DNA of 64,000 bases from Leptonemataceae bacterium (GCA_965227295.1 OZ245742.1:1728001-1792000), one strand, 5' to 3'. Numbered from the stretch's first letter, positions 1 to 12,043 are shown. The notes: a model not told the origin generated them from the letters alone. Translations and numbers: made by a program.

Positions 1-582
1 CGCACGCCGCCGGCCGACGCCCCGGAGAGCGGCGAAGCCTTCCTGGAACGCCTGCAAGCATACACCGAACAAACCCGCCGGCGCGAAAAAGAACTGCGCT
101 CCGCTTTACGCAAACAACTCAACGACGATGCGTTTCTCTATCCGCTCAAGCAACTCGAAGCGTTGTTGGTTTTACCCGTGCGCGAAAGCCGTGATCGTGA
201 GGCGGAGGTCTTCGCCCTGGAGGTGGTCCAGAAAATGCGTGACCGTTTGCAAAAGAAGGTCGACCGGATCGCCGAGCGCGCCGGAGACGCGCCCTGGTTG
301 CACGCGCTGCGCATCGATTGCAAACACATCCGGTACGTTACGGAGTTTTATCGGTACGTGCTGCCGCCGTCGGTGCAGCAGACCAGCCGCTTCGCGAAGA
401 AGATGCAGAACAAACTCGGCGACCTGCACGACTACGACTTCATTCTGGAACTCATCGACGCCCAGGGCGAGGAACTCGGCCCGGAGCTCCGCGAAGAACT
501 GCGCATGCGTTTCGGTACGGAACGCGAGTCATCGTTCGAGGCGTTGTCGGCGAAGCTCCGCAAAGAAAAGAACAATCTGTAA
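1..582 (+). CDS. CHAD domain protein, 5'-partial (runs off window start)
   Basis: Frame is open from base 1 to TAA at 580-582. It carries the CHAD motifs LHALRIDCKHIRY..E and Q..LGDLHD. Confidence 0.8.
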   Translation, partial: RTPPADAPESGEAFLERLQAYTEQTRRREKELRSALRKQLNDDAFLYPLKQLEALLVLPVRESRDREAEVFALEVVQKMRDRLQKKVDRIAERAGDAPWLHALRIDCKHIRYVTEFYRYVLPPSVQQTSRFAKKMQNKLGDLHDYDFILELIDAQGEELGPELREELRMRFGTERESSFEALSAKLRKEKNNL

Positions 583-675
583 TGTTGCCCTGGTTCGTTT
601 GCACCCACAACTCTAACAGACTGTTGAAAAAGTCGAATTATCCCGGCGATTTCGCGGTTATCCCGCTTTCGAGTT

Positions 676-1605
676 TTAACCGAGGCGCAGCGCGACGTAC
701 CCCGCCGCGACGATCAGTTGCGTGATGCCGAGGGATGTCAGCAAGAGATGCGGGGCGATGCGAATCGCGAAGCGGGAGCCGAGTTGCGCCCCGACTACGG
801 CACCGGCGCCGACCAGGGCGCTCAACGCCAGGTAGATGTGATCGTCGTAAGCGTAGCGCAGGTTCGTGATCGTCGACGTAACGAAGATGGCGAAGAGCGA
901 CGTGGCCACGCCTTCGACGGGCTCGAACTCCGTAACGTAGACGAAAAACGGGACCGCAAAAAAACCGCCGCCGATGCCCAGGAGCGCGGACAGGGCGCCG
1001 AAGATCAATCCCACCACAAACGTTAAGATCAAACGATCCGAAGTTATGGAGAGCGCCGGAGTTCCCGCGTCCTCCACGATGCCGGCGGCCTGCCGTTCGC
1101 GCAGGGCGTCGGCATCCTGCCGCGCTTGTTTGCCGGCCTTCAGTCCGCGATGCAGGTTGTACACGCCCAGCAATCCGAGAAAAAGGCCCAGATTCACGAG
1201 CAACACGAAGTCGGCGATCGAGAGCCCGAAGATCGCCGCGTCGGAAGCGTATGCGGACTCGCGGACTCCGCCCAGGAAACTTGCCACCAACTGCGCCGCG
1301 GGGATCGAGCCCGCCAGGAGCACCAGGGCGTGTTTGAAACGGATTTTACCTTCGCGCAGATAGTGCACGCTGCCCGACGCCGACATGAAACTGATCTGTC
1401 CCATGGAAGTCGTTACCGCCATGGTCGCCGGCAAATGCAGCACCGAATGAAAGAACGGGGTTACTAAAAAACCACCGCCGATGCCGAAGAGGGCGGAGAC
1501 CGTGCCGACCAGAACACCGAGAACGACGAGCACCGCGCCGCCCAAATACACCGAGCCGAAGATTTCGATCAGAGGCGTGAGATCAAAAAGATGCACGTTG
1601 GTCAC
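676..1605 (-). CDS. Sulfite exporter TauE/SafE family membrane protein
   Basis: Multi-TM protein with a duplicated GIGGGF..P motif. Its GTG start overlaps the stop of the upstream ATPase (GTGA). Confidence 0.85.
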   Translation of the reverse strand: MTNVHLFDLTPLIEIFGSVYLGGAVLVVLGVLVGTVSALFGIGGGFLVTPFFHSVLHLPATMAVTTSMGQISFMSASGSVHYLREGKIRFKHALVLLAGSIPAAQLVASFLGGVRESAYASDAAIFGLSIADFVLLVNLGLFLGLLGVYNLHRGLKAGKQARQDADALRERQAAGIVEDAGTPALSITSDRLILTFVVGLIFGALSALLGIGGGFFAVPFFVYVTEFEPVEGVATSLFAIFVTSTITNLRYAYDDHIYLALSALVGAGAVVGAQLGSRFAIRIAPHLLLTSLGITQLIVAAGYVALRLG

Positions 1606-3179
1606 TCTCGTCCGAAGATCTTCTTCACAACATAGTCGTACGTTTCTTCGAACCAGGACTGGTCCACATCCGGGATGTCCGCGGACGTGAGCTCGGCGAT
1701 GGCGTCGTCACTGAGCGCGTCCTCCGAGGCGGCGGCGAGCCGGTTCGCCTGGCGTTCAATGATCTTTTCAAACAGATTGCGGGCGAGGCGGCCGTTGCCG
1801 AAGGCGCGGTCCCGCTGTTTGTAGAGTTGCGCAAAGAGCTTCAGCAGTTTCGCCTCGGCCTCGGGCGTAAGTTTGTAGTGCGCTTTCTTAGAAAAGATTT
1901 GAAAGATCTTAAGCAGATCTTCCGGCGGCACGTGATCAAAATAAAAGTAACGATTGAAGCGCGACTTCAGGCCCGGGTTCGATTCAATGAATCGCTGCAT
2001 CTCATCGGTGTAACCGGCGACGATGACCACCAGGCGATCGCGTTCATCTTCCATGCGTTTCAGCAACGTATCGATCGCTTCCTGGCCGAAATCCTGTTTG
2101 CTCTCTTCGGGTTTCAGGGCGTAGGCTTCGTCGATGAACAGAATCCCGTCGCGGGCTTCCTTGACCTTCTCGTCGACCTTCTGCGCCGTCTGGCCGATGT
2201 ACGAACCCACCAGGCCGGCGCGATCCGTTTCCACCAGATGTCCTTTCTTAAGAAAACCGAGCTGTTTCAGGATGCGCGACATGAGCCGCGCCACAGTGGT
2301 CTTGCCCGTTCCCGGCGGACCGTAGAACACGCTGTGCAGCGAAACCGGGGCGCCGGCCATGCCGCGGGACGAACGCTCTTGTTGAATCTTGAGATAGTTG
2401 ATGAGCGTCTTGACTTCGTTTTTGATGTCGTACATACCCACGAGTTCGTCGAGTTCTGCGAGCACGTCTTCCAGGGTTTCTTCGGGCTCGCTTTCTTCCA
2501 GCCCGGGCGGCGCATCGTCTTTGTTTTCCTGCGCGCTCTTTTCGGAAGATGCTTCGCCGTCCGCTCCGGCAGTCGCACGTCGATCGTCCTCGTGTAAACG
2601 ACTGTGCACGAACAATCGCTGCCAGACTTTCTTGAGCGCTTCTTCCTCCGACGCGCTGACGGTGCCGTCGGCCTTCGTAAGATGCTGCGCGAAACGGTAC
2701 AACGCCGAAACGACGCCGTCGAAAAAATCGGAACCGTATTTGCGATCCAGGTCCCGGATGGCGTCCGGCGTATCCATGCGTTCCAGGTCCAGACCGCCTT
2801 CGCCGTCGTCCTTTTTCCGCATGGCATTGTCGAAATGATTGTTAAGGCCCTTCGTCAGCGAATCCACCACGCGTTGGCGGCTGGCCTCTTCGAACTCCGG
2901 ATCGTCCCAGTTCTCGAGGTAATTGCGCGCGAACGTCGCCGAGCGGAACGCGCCGAACTCCTGCTCCGCGAAGCACGCAAACACGCCGCCGATGGCGAAC
3001 ATGGAGATGAGCAGTTCGTCGTCGGTGAAGTCGCCGTCGGCATAACCGCAGATGACGCTGATGCGCGTGAGATCAGAGACCAGCAGGGCGGCCAGTTGTT
3101 CGCGGGATTCCGGTTGCAGGCGCTCTACGATGGGTTGCAGGGCATCAAGGAATTCAAGCGTGGACCGCGCCGGGCTCAT
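1602..3179 (-). CDS. AAA+ ATPase (CbbX/SpoVK/EccA clade) with N-terminal TerB-like domain
   Basis: Walker A GPPGTGKTT, Walker B LFIDEAY, NPGLKSRF and FGNGRLARN. The N-terminus has two ADGxxxxxE motifs. ATG 3179 was chosen as the start. Confidence 0.85.
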   Translation of the reverse strand: MSPARSTLEFLDALQPIVERLQPESREQLAALLVSDLTRISVICGYADGDFTDDELLISMFAIGGVFACFAEQEFGAFRSATFARNYLENWDDPEFEEASRQRVVDSLTKGLNNHFDNAMRKKDDGEGGLDLERMDTPDAIRDLDRKYGSDFFDGVVSALYRFAQHLTKADGTVSASEEEALKKVWQRLFVHSRLHEDDRRATAGADGEASSEKSAQENKDDAPPGLEESEPEETLEDVLAELDELVGMYDIKNEVKTLINYLKIQQERSSRGMAGAPVSLHSVFYGPPGTGKTTVARLMSRILKQLGFLKKGHLVETDRAGLVGSYIGQTAQKVDEKVKEARDGILFIDEAYALKPEESKQDFGQEAIDTLLKRMEDERDRLVVIVAGYTDEMQRFIESNPGLKSRFNRYFYFDHVPPEDLLKIFQIFSKKAHYKLTPEAEAKLLKLFAQLYKQRDRAFGNGRLARNLFEKIIERQANRLAAASEDALSDDAIAELTSADIPDVDQSWFEETYDYVVKKIFGRE

Positions 3180-3301
3180 GGATGGCTCAGGAAATCGGCG
3201 TGCATTGCAGATGTCAAGTCTACGTTGCATTGCACTATAACGCGCAAAACAGTTGCACGAATACCTGCTGCAACGTAAACCCGGCGTCGGAGGACAACAA
3301 C

Positions 3302-3766
3302 GTGAAGTATTTCGATTTCAAACGGGCCGCACTGGCTCTTTTCATCGCGGGCGCCGTTCTGGTTCCGGCGAGCCTGGTATCTCAGTCCAATACCCCGGTG
3401 GGCGTATGGCAGACCATCGGAGACAAAGGCGAGAACAAGGGAAAAGTAACGTCACACATCAAAATCTGGGAGGCCAGCGATGGAACCCTGCGCGGAACCA
3501 TCATCAAGCCCATCAGCAATCCGGACGGAAAGTGCAGCGCGGACTGCCCGGGCCGCCTCGCCGATCAACCGCTCAAGGGTCTCAACATCATGTGGGGCTT
3601 CAAGGCTGCCGGCGGCAACGTATGGGACGGCGGCAAGATTGTGGATCCGGAAGACGGCTCCGTATACAGCTGCAAACTGACCGTACAGGGCAACAAGCTT
3701 CAGGTGCGCGGCTTCATCGGCGTATCCCTGCTGGGTCGCACGCAAACCTGGAATCGCCTCCAGTAA
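3302..3766 (+). CDS. DUF2147 domain exported protein
   Basis: GGAGG RBS then GTG, a signal peptide, and the motifs GxW.T, W.GG.I.DP..G..Y and VRGFIGVSLLGRTQTW. Confidence 0.85.
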   Translation: MKYFDFKRAALALFIAGAVLVPASLVSQSNTPVGVWQTIGDKGENKGKVTSHIKIWEASDGTLRGTIIKPISNPDGKCSADCPGRLADQPLKGLNIMWGFKAAGGNVWDGGKIVDPEDGSVYSCKLTVQGNKLQVRGFIGVSLLGRTQTWNRLQ

Positions 3767-3809
3767 CTGCGCGGCTTCGCCTGCTAAAGCAAGATTAGCG
3801 CACATTAAG

Positions 3810-3843
3810 AAAGCCGTCTCCGAAATTCGGGGGCGGCTTTTTT
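3810..3843. terminator. Likely bidirectional intrinsic terminator
   Basis: AAAGCCGTCTCCGAA/TTCGGGGGCGGCTTTTTT hairpin with A and T tracts, lying between convergent genes. Confidence 0.75.
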
Positions 3844-3849
3844 GTGTAC

Positions 3850-5400
3850 TTAACCGTTCGTGCGCGCCTTTGCGATGCGCTCACCCGTGGCGATCATCCG
3901 ATTCAGCGCCTGTAAGTACGCACGAGCCGAAGCTACGAGAATGTCCGTATCGGCGTAGCGTCCCGAGAACGTCTGGCCGTTGCCGTCCTGAATGCGGATC
4001 GTCACCTCTCCCTGGGCATCGATGCCCTCGGTCACCGACTTCACCGAAAACTCGGTGAGTTCCGGCGAAAGACCGGTAATGCGATTCATGGCCACGTAGA
4101 TGGCGTCCACGGGGCCGGTGCCCACGGCGGCGTCCACGCGCACGTTGCCGTCGGGATCGATCAGGCGCAGGGTGGCCGTGGGCACGGCCTGGTCGCCGGC
4201 GCTCACCTGCACCTGCTCCAGGTTCCAGGCCGGATCGTCTAACTTACGAAGATTGTCACTTACGATGGCTTCGAGATCGCGGTCGTCCAGCTTCGTCTTT
4301 TTGTCCGCCAGCTCTTTGAACTGCGCGAACACACGATTGAACTCGTCCTCGGTAAGATCGTAGCCCATCTCGTGCAGGCGCACCTTGAAGGCGTGACGGC
4401 CGGAGAGTTTGCCGAGCACCAACTGCGTGCCCTGGGGAATGCCGATCTCCGCCGGGTCCATGATCTCCCACGTTTCGCGCAGCTTCAGGATGCCGTCCTG
4501 GTGAATGCCGGAGCCGTGACGAAACGCGTTTTTACCGACGATGGCCTTGTTCCACTGGATGGGCATGCCCGAGTAGGTCTCCACCATGCGCGAAGTGCGA
4601 TAGATCTCCTGCGTGCGAATGTCGGTGTGAAACTGGAGAAAGTCTTTGCGCGTCGTGATGGCCATTACCACTTCTTCGAGAGACGTGTTGCCCGCGCGTT
4701 CACCGATCCCGTTTACGGTAACCTCCACCTGGCGGACGCCGTGCTGGATGGCCGTCAGCGTATTCGCCGTGCAGAGGCCGAGATCGTTCTGGCCGTGAAA
4801 ACTCAGCCGCGCTTTGTCGATGTTCGGAACGTTGTTGCGGATTAAGTCGAAGAGATGCGCGAGCTCCTGGGGAATCGCGTAACCCACGGAGTCCGGTACG
4901 TTGATCGTGGTCGCCCCCGCGCTGATGCAACGTTCGATGATCTGATACAGGAACTCCGGATCGGAGCGTGTGGCGTCCATGGGCGAAAACTCAACGTTGC
5001 TCGTGTAGCTCGCCGCGTGTTTTACCATGGACTCGGCCTGGGTCAACACGTCGTCCCGGCCCTTGCCGAGCTGATGCGCCATCTGAATGTCGGAGGAGTT
5101 GATGAATACGTGAATGCGCGGCTCGTTCGCGTCTTTGACGCCTTCCCAGGCCGTATCGATGTCTTTCTTCACCGCCCTGGCCAGGGCGCACACGCTCGCT
5201 TTCGTAACGGCCCTTGCAATGTCCTGCACGCCGCGCAGATCCCCCGGGGACGAAGCCGGAAAGCCGGCCTCGATGACGTCCACGCCCAGGCGTTCCAGTT
5301 GCAGGGCGATCTCGAGTTTTTCGCCGGGCGTAAAGGCGACCCCGGCCGACTGCTCCCCGTCGCGGAGGGTGGTATCGAAGATGTAGATCTTTTCGCTCAT
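3850..5400 (-). CDS. leuA: 2-isopropylmalate synthase
   Basis: FDTTLRDGEQ, EAGFP, GIGERAGN, HxSGIHQDG and LGKLSGRHA motifs, plus a C-terminal regulatory domain with GTGPVDA. Confidence 0.93.
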   Translation of the reverse strand: MSEKIYIFDTTLRDGEQSAGVAFTPGEKLEIALQLERLGVDVIEAGFPASSPGDLRGVQDIARAVTKASVCALARAVKKDIDTAWEGVKDANEPRIHVFINSSDIQMAHQLGKGRDDVLTQAESMVKHAASYTSNVEFSPMDATRSDPEFLYQIIERCISAGATTINVPDSVGYAIPQELAHLFDLIRNNVPNIDKARLSFHGQNDLGLCTANTLTAIQHGVRQVEVTVNGIGERAGNTSLEEVVMAITTRKDFLQFHTDIRTQEIYRTSRMVETYSGMPIQWNKAIVGKNAFRHGSGIHQDGILKLRETWEIMDPAEIGIPQGTQLVLGKLSGRHAFKVRLHEMGYDLTEDEFNRVFAQFKELADKKTKLDDRDLEAIVSDNLRKLDDPAWNLEQVQVSAGDQAVPTATLRLIDPDGNVRVDAAVGTGPVDAIYVAMNRITGLSPELTEFSVKSVTEGIDAQGEVTIRIQDGNGQTFSGRYADTDILVASARAYLQALNRMIATGERIAKARTNG

Positions 5401-5413
5401 GATGGTTGTCTTG

Positions 5414-5585
5414 TGAGAAGAATTTTTACACCGAGGACCGAGGGGCCGGGGTTAATTTGGAGGAGTTTCGCGGTTTGTTCGTTGTGGGGCTATGAATGCT
5501 TTTGGTCTTTTAAGAATTTGGCAGATCAAACTCTTCTTCACTTCCACCTCGATCCCTCGGTCCTCGGAGTGAAAAAATTATCTCA
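5414..5585. repeat. Long imperfect inverted repeat (MITE/REP-like) filling the intergenic region
   Basis: Left arm AATTTTTACACCGAGGACCGAGGG (5421-5444) and right arm CCCTCGGTCCTCGGAGTGAAAAAATT (5554-5579) share a 14 bp perfect core around an AT-rich interior. Confidence 0.65.
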
Positions 5586-5587
5586 GG

Positions 5588-5941
5588 TCACCCCTGCGGT
5601 TCCAGGCGTTCGTCCCGTGGGGTACCGAAGAAGTGCCGGCCCTGCTTGCGGATGAAACCGCGGGCCACGCAGTCGTTCGCCGTGATGACCAGGGCATCCA
5701 CGGCCTGGTTGTTCTTTTCAGCGTTGCCGTCGTTTTCTTCGGCCATGAGGGCGTGGATCATCTGCCGCTGCTCGGGATTCATGAGGCCCAGGAACGAGCC
5801 CGACAGGCGGCCGTCCAGGGCATGGAAAGACCGTGCCAGGGCCCGGGGCGGCGTGCGTTCCATGACGTAAAAGAGGGCCAGATTGTCGAAAAATAGCAGC
5901 TCGGAGATCTGCTGGATCGTCTGAACGGAAGGGCCGTGCAC
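5588..5941 (-). CDS. Small protein, stand-alone FliG C-terminal-like domain
   Basis: 117 aa ORF whose pattern (ELLFFDN.AL..V....P...LA.S ... M...QR.MI...M.EE) recalls FliG_C/ARM repeats. Confidence 0.5.
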   Translation of the reverse strand: MHGPSVQTIQQISELLFFDNLALFYVMERTPPRALARSFHALDGRLSGSFLGLMNPEQRQMIHALMAEENDGNAEKNNQAVDALVITANDCVARGFIRKQGRHFFGTPRDERLEPQG

Positions 5942-6018
5942 AACCCGTTAGAGATCGGGACGCGCGGGCGGTGTCAAGAAAAAGCCCGACCGGCCGATAC
6001 AGGTACAGGAGCCTCACG

Positions 6019-6441
6019 ATGAAGCACACACGAACGATCCTCAGTGTTATGATCCTCTACTTCCTGGTCGCCGCCGGGAGCGAGCTCTCCGCGGAGCGCC
6101 GAACCTACGAGAGCAAACAAAACATCGGCCGGACCGTGGCCGGCATGATCGAGATCCTCGGGGAATCGGGGCTGGACTTCCGCGTCGGTCGGGTCTACGA
6201 CCGCGAGAGCGACGGCAAGCACGGCATGATGCTCTATCTCATGCCCGGCAACACCCCGTGCGAGATTACCTTTCATGCGGACCCGAAGAATCAAAACCGT
6301 TCCCTGGTGGGACTGAAGGCCTTCGATCGGAACGCGGTCGAGCGATTGCATCGTGTCTTTGTGCAACAGGCGGGACTGAAAGAGGTCGGTGTGAACGATG
6401 AGTTCGACGACAGTAATCCCTGGCCCGTCCAGGTCCGCTAA
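6019..6441 (+). CDS. Exported hypothetical protein
   Basis: AGGAG RBS, ATG 6019 and an N-terminal signal peptide. Confidence 0.7.
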   Translation: MKHTRTILSVMILYFLVAAGSELSAERRTYESKQNIGRTVAGMIEILGESGLDFRVGRVYDRESDGKHGMMLYLMPGNTPCEITFHADPKNQNRSLVGLKAFDRNAVERLHRVFVQQAGLKEVGVNDEFDDSNPWPVQVR

Positions 6442-6516
6442 GAAAAACTAACGGACTTCTAACACATCCTTTCGGTATTGGGTGGACCCCGCCTCGCTTC
6501 GGTAGTATCCCGGAGT

Positions 6517-8220
6517 ATGAGTCGCACGGCGGGCAACGAACCGCGGTACACCGCCATGAATCTTCTGCGCATCGGTTATGCGCTGGTTACCGTGGTTGTG
6601 TCCTTCCAATTCGACCGGGTCTACGAGACGGCGGTCACCGGCGGTTTCGCGTTTTTGGCCCTGGTCTGGTTTCTGCTCACCGAGTTCGCCTTCGATGAGC
6701 GTCGTTATCCTCGCGTGGCTTACCTGCCCACGGGCCTCGACGTGCTGATCATGACGGCGGTGATCTACTTCTCCGGCACGGCGAACTCGCCCCTGGCCGC
6801 GGGCTACGTCTACGCCACCGCCCTGTCTTCCCTGAACATGCGCATCTCCCAGGGGTTCTTCGCCGCCATCACCGGCACGACGTGTTATACCACGGTCATC
6901 CTGGCGGTCTACTTCGGATGGTTGCCGCCGTTGAACGCCTTCGGCGGCCAGGCGGAAGTCGGCACGGCGAATCTCATCTTTGCGCTGATTGTCGTGTTGC
7001 CGTGCATCTGGGCGGCGTACTTCATCGTGCACAATCTCACGAAACGTAACGCGGAACTGCTCCAGGAACAACAGCGCATCGGCGGGGCCCGCAACAAATT
7101 CCTGGCGAAGATGTCTCACGATATTCGCACCCCGCTGAATTCTCTACTGGGGAGTGTCGACCTGCTGAACGAAAGCGAGCTAACTGCGGATCAAAGAATG
7201 TTACTGTCCTCGGCCCAGGGCGCGGCGGCAAACCTGCACAACCTCGTCGAAAACGTTCTGGACCTGGTGAAGACCGATGCCGGCGAACTGCAACTCGAAG
7301 CCGAACCCTTTCGGCTGCACGAAGTCCTGAATGTCCTCCAGGAGTACTTCCAGCCGCCGGCCCGGGAAAAGGGACTCCGCTTTACGCGCGAAGACCGGCA
7401 ACTGCCCGCCTCCATGCTCTACGGGGATGCGCGCCGGCTCACGCACATCCTCTACAATCTGCTCCACAACGCCGTGCGTTACACCGAAAACGGCCATGTG
7501 CTGTTGCGTGCGCAGTGTGCGGATCCGGAGCCGCACCTGGCCACGTTGATCTTTACAGTGGAAGACAGCGGGCAGGGCTTCGCGGAAAAACAGCAGATCC
7601 TCCTCGATCCGGGAACGGAACCGATGGTGCCCGACGGTCTCGGCGGACTCGGCCTGGTCATGGTCCGGCGTCTGGTGGGGCTGATGGACGGCGAGTTCAT
7701 CATGAGCGATGCCGAAGGCGGTGGTACCCGCTGCACCGTACGTCTGCGGTTTCCCATTGTGCCCGAGAGCATTGAGGTTGCATACGAGAGTCGCCCCCTG
7801 CGCATTCTGGTGGCGGACGATGCCGTGGAAAACCGTGCCTTGCTCGGGCGTTATCTGGAAAAGAGCGGCCACGCGATTACCTTCGCCGAGAACGGCCGGG
7901 CGGCGGTGGACGAGTACGTCAAAGCGTCGCTGACTAACAGTTATGATCTGGTACTTATGGATATTCAGATGCCGCAACTGGACGGATACGGCGCCACCCG
8001 GGCCATTCGCGAAAGCGAGAGCGCCGGTGCCCGGGAGCGGACGCCCATCATCGCGCTGACCGCCCACGCCATGCGCGAAGACGCCAGCCGCGCCATCGCC
8101 GCCGGTTGCGACTACTACTTAACGAAGCCGGTAACGAGGCGTACGCTGCTGGAGATCATCGAGATCTATTCACGGAAAGCCGAGAGCAGTTCGGCCTCGT
8201 CGAATTCCCGATCGCGCTGA
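6517..8220 (+). CDS. Membrane hybrid sensor histidine kinase (HisKA-HATPase-REC)
   Basis: About 5-6 TM helices, H-box MSHDIRTPLN, N-box NLLHNAVRYT, G boxes, and a receiver domain (VADD...MDIQMP...TKP). Confidence 0.9.
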   Translation: MSRTAGNEPRYTAMNLLRIGYALVTVVVSFQFDRVYETAVTGGFAFLALVWFLLTEFAFDERRYPRVAYLPTGLDVLIMTAVIYFSGTANSPLAAGYVYATALSSLNMRISQGFFAAITGTTCYTTVILAVYFGWLPPLNAFGGQAEVGTANLIFALIVVLPCIWAAYFIVHNLTKRNAELLQEQQRIGGARNKFLAKMSHDIRTPLNSLLGSVDLLNESELTADQRMLLSSAQGAAANLHNLVENVLDLVKTDAGELQLEAEPFRLHEVLNVLQEYFQPPAREKGLRFTREDRQLPASMLYGDARRLTHILYNLLHNAVRYTENGHVLLRAQCADPEPHLATLIFTVEDSGQGFAEKQQILLDPGTEPMVPDGLGGLGLVMVRRLVGLMDGEFIMSDAEGGGTRCTVRLRFPIVPESIEVAYESRPLRILVADDAVENRALLGRYLEKSGHAITFAENGRAAVDEYVKASLTNSYDLVLMDIQMPQLDGYGATRAIRESESAGARERTPIIALTAHAMREDASRAIAAGCDYYLTKPVTRRTLLEIIEIYSRKAESSSASSNSRSR

Positions 8221-9584
8221 GCCAGGCGATCCTGGAGTTCGCGCAGGGCAGCCGTGTCCCCGGTACGCCGGGCCTCGGCCATCAAGAAGAGCAGGGCCTC
8301 GCGGTTATTACGACTCCGGCCCGCGCGTATCTGTAACTTTCGGCGAGCAGCGGTTACGCGCTGCTCCGCCGGCGGGCGCTTCGAACCGGAGTAGTTCGTG
8401 GCGTGAATCGCGCCGTCGATCTCCAGCACCGATTCCAGAATGCCTGCCAGGTCGCGGACGGTATCTCCATCCTCCCGGCGGTTGAGCCCATCGTAGGTAC
8501 GGCCGATGGCATGCAGGATCTGGGATTGTTCGTAGAGGCGATCGGGTTCGTCGAACGAGGGCTGGATGCGATCCGGGTCGGCCGGCTGGTTCGCGGTCGG
8601 CTCGGCGGCACTGTAGGACAGGGCCAGGCGCAGGGCGTTCAGGGCGCGCAGGAGTTCGCCGCGGTCGTCGCCGCGGCGGAGCAAATAGACGCCGTAGCCG
8701 TAGGAACTCCTCGCGTCGGCGAAGAACGCGGCGCGCAGGGAGTGGGCCCGGCGGACAAAGCTCTCGTTGCGTTCCAGGAGATTGCGGTTTTCCCGCGAGT
8801 CCGCGGTTTCGATCTTTTGCCTGAGAGCGAGTTCCGCCGCTTCCAGGGAGCGCAGGCAGCGCCGGTGAGCCCGATCGTCCGGCACATTTAATAGAAGAAA
8901 GGCGAAGTCTTCCGAGGATCCCCGGCGGACGCCCGGCAGGCTCGCCGCCTGCTGCAAGGCCGCATCCAGTTCCGTGATGGCGGCGGCGTCTTCCGGGGCG
9001 CCCGTCCGGCTTCGGGCTTCCGTCAGGATGCGGGCGATGAGCGCGGCAGTGGCCAGCTCGCGATCGGCGAGGCCCCGGTTCCAGAGATGGTGCACGGCCG
9101 GATAGTTTTCGGTCTGCTGGCTGATCCGGCAGGCGAAAGGCAGCGGCCCGGATAGATTCAGTTCCCCGGCATGGCTGCGCCGACGCACGAGTTCCGAGCG
9201 CACGGCCTCGGTGAAGGCCTGGCGCGCGGCCTCCCGGCTGTCGTGCGTGAAATGAAAGACGGCGATGCGATACGACAGAAACGAATCCGGACGAAGGCGT
9301 ACGGATTCAAGGAAAGCCCGCACGGCTTCGCGTTCCTGGCCGTCGTTCCAGTACAGGAATCCGCGCAGCTTGTGAGAGTCGGCCAGCTCCGCGGCAATCG
9401 CCGCATCCATGCCCGTGGCAATTTCCAGGTAGGAGCGCGCGCGATCGCTTTCGCCCCGTTCAAAGGCCAACACGGCGGACTCTACGTAACGTTCGATTTG
9501 GTCGCGGTCCGCCGGGGACTGCGCGAACAGAGCGGCGCTACAGATGAGGGCGCTCGCGGCGACAATGATCAAGGATCGGATCAT
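8166..9584 (-). CDS. Exported TPR-like helical protein
   Basis: Signal peptide MIRSLII...AALFA and TPR-like helices (RGFLYWNDGQEREAVRAFLESVRLRP). Confidence 0.65.
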   Translation of the reverse strand: MIRSLIIVAASALICSAALFAQSPADRDQIERYVESAVLAFERGESDRARSYLEIATGMDAAIAAELADSHKLRGFLYWNDGQEREAVRAFLESVRLRPDSFLSYRIAVFHFTHDSREAARQAFTEAVRSELVRRRSHAGELNLSGPLPFACRISQQTENYPAVHHLWNRGLADRELATAALIARILTEARSRTGAPEDAAAITELDAALQQAASLPGVRRGSSEDFAFLLLNVPDDRAHRRCLRSLEAAELALRQKIETADSRENRNLLERNESFVRRAHSLRAAFFADARSSYGYGVYLLRRGDDRGELLRALNALRLALSYSAAEPTANQPADPDRIQPSFDEPDRLYEQSQILHAIGRTYDGLNRREDGDTVRDLAGILESVLEIDGAIHATNYSGSKRPPAEQRVTAARRKLQIRAGRSRNNREALLFLMAEARRTGDTAALRELQDRLAQRDREFDEAELLSAFRE

Positions 9585-9799
9585 ACTATAAGTTTCTACC
9601 AAACCGACTGGAACTTTAGAAATATACGGCGGGGCGGGCGACGAACGGGCACATATGTGCGAATCCCCCTTGACAGGGGCGGCTATTTCCAGCGTGTGGG
9701 GAGACCTGTAAAAATCGAAGATCCTGTCCATCGCTCCGGCTCCCGCCGGTCATGCGGTATGATTCGACGATCGTCCTCCAGAGAAACAAGGAGAAAATA

Positions 9800-12043
<2,244 letters not shown>

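Noticed and set aside
4780-4806. LeuA metal motif HGQND instead of HCHND
   Set aside because: HxQ variants are known in active isopropylmalate synthases such as the plant enzymes, so this is not evidence of inactivation.
5401-5587. Leucine attenuator leader peptide upstream of leuA
   Set aside because: The short minus-strand ORF examined (VEVKKSLICQ...) has no Leu run, and no terminator/antiterminator pair is evident.
8166-8220. Convergent 3' overlaps (kinase/TPR 55 bp; FKBP/AraC 16804-16853, 50 bp)
   Set aside because: Common in compact GC-rich genomes, and no further signal was seen.
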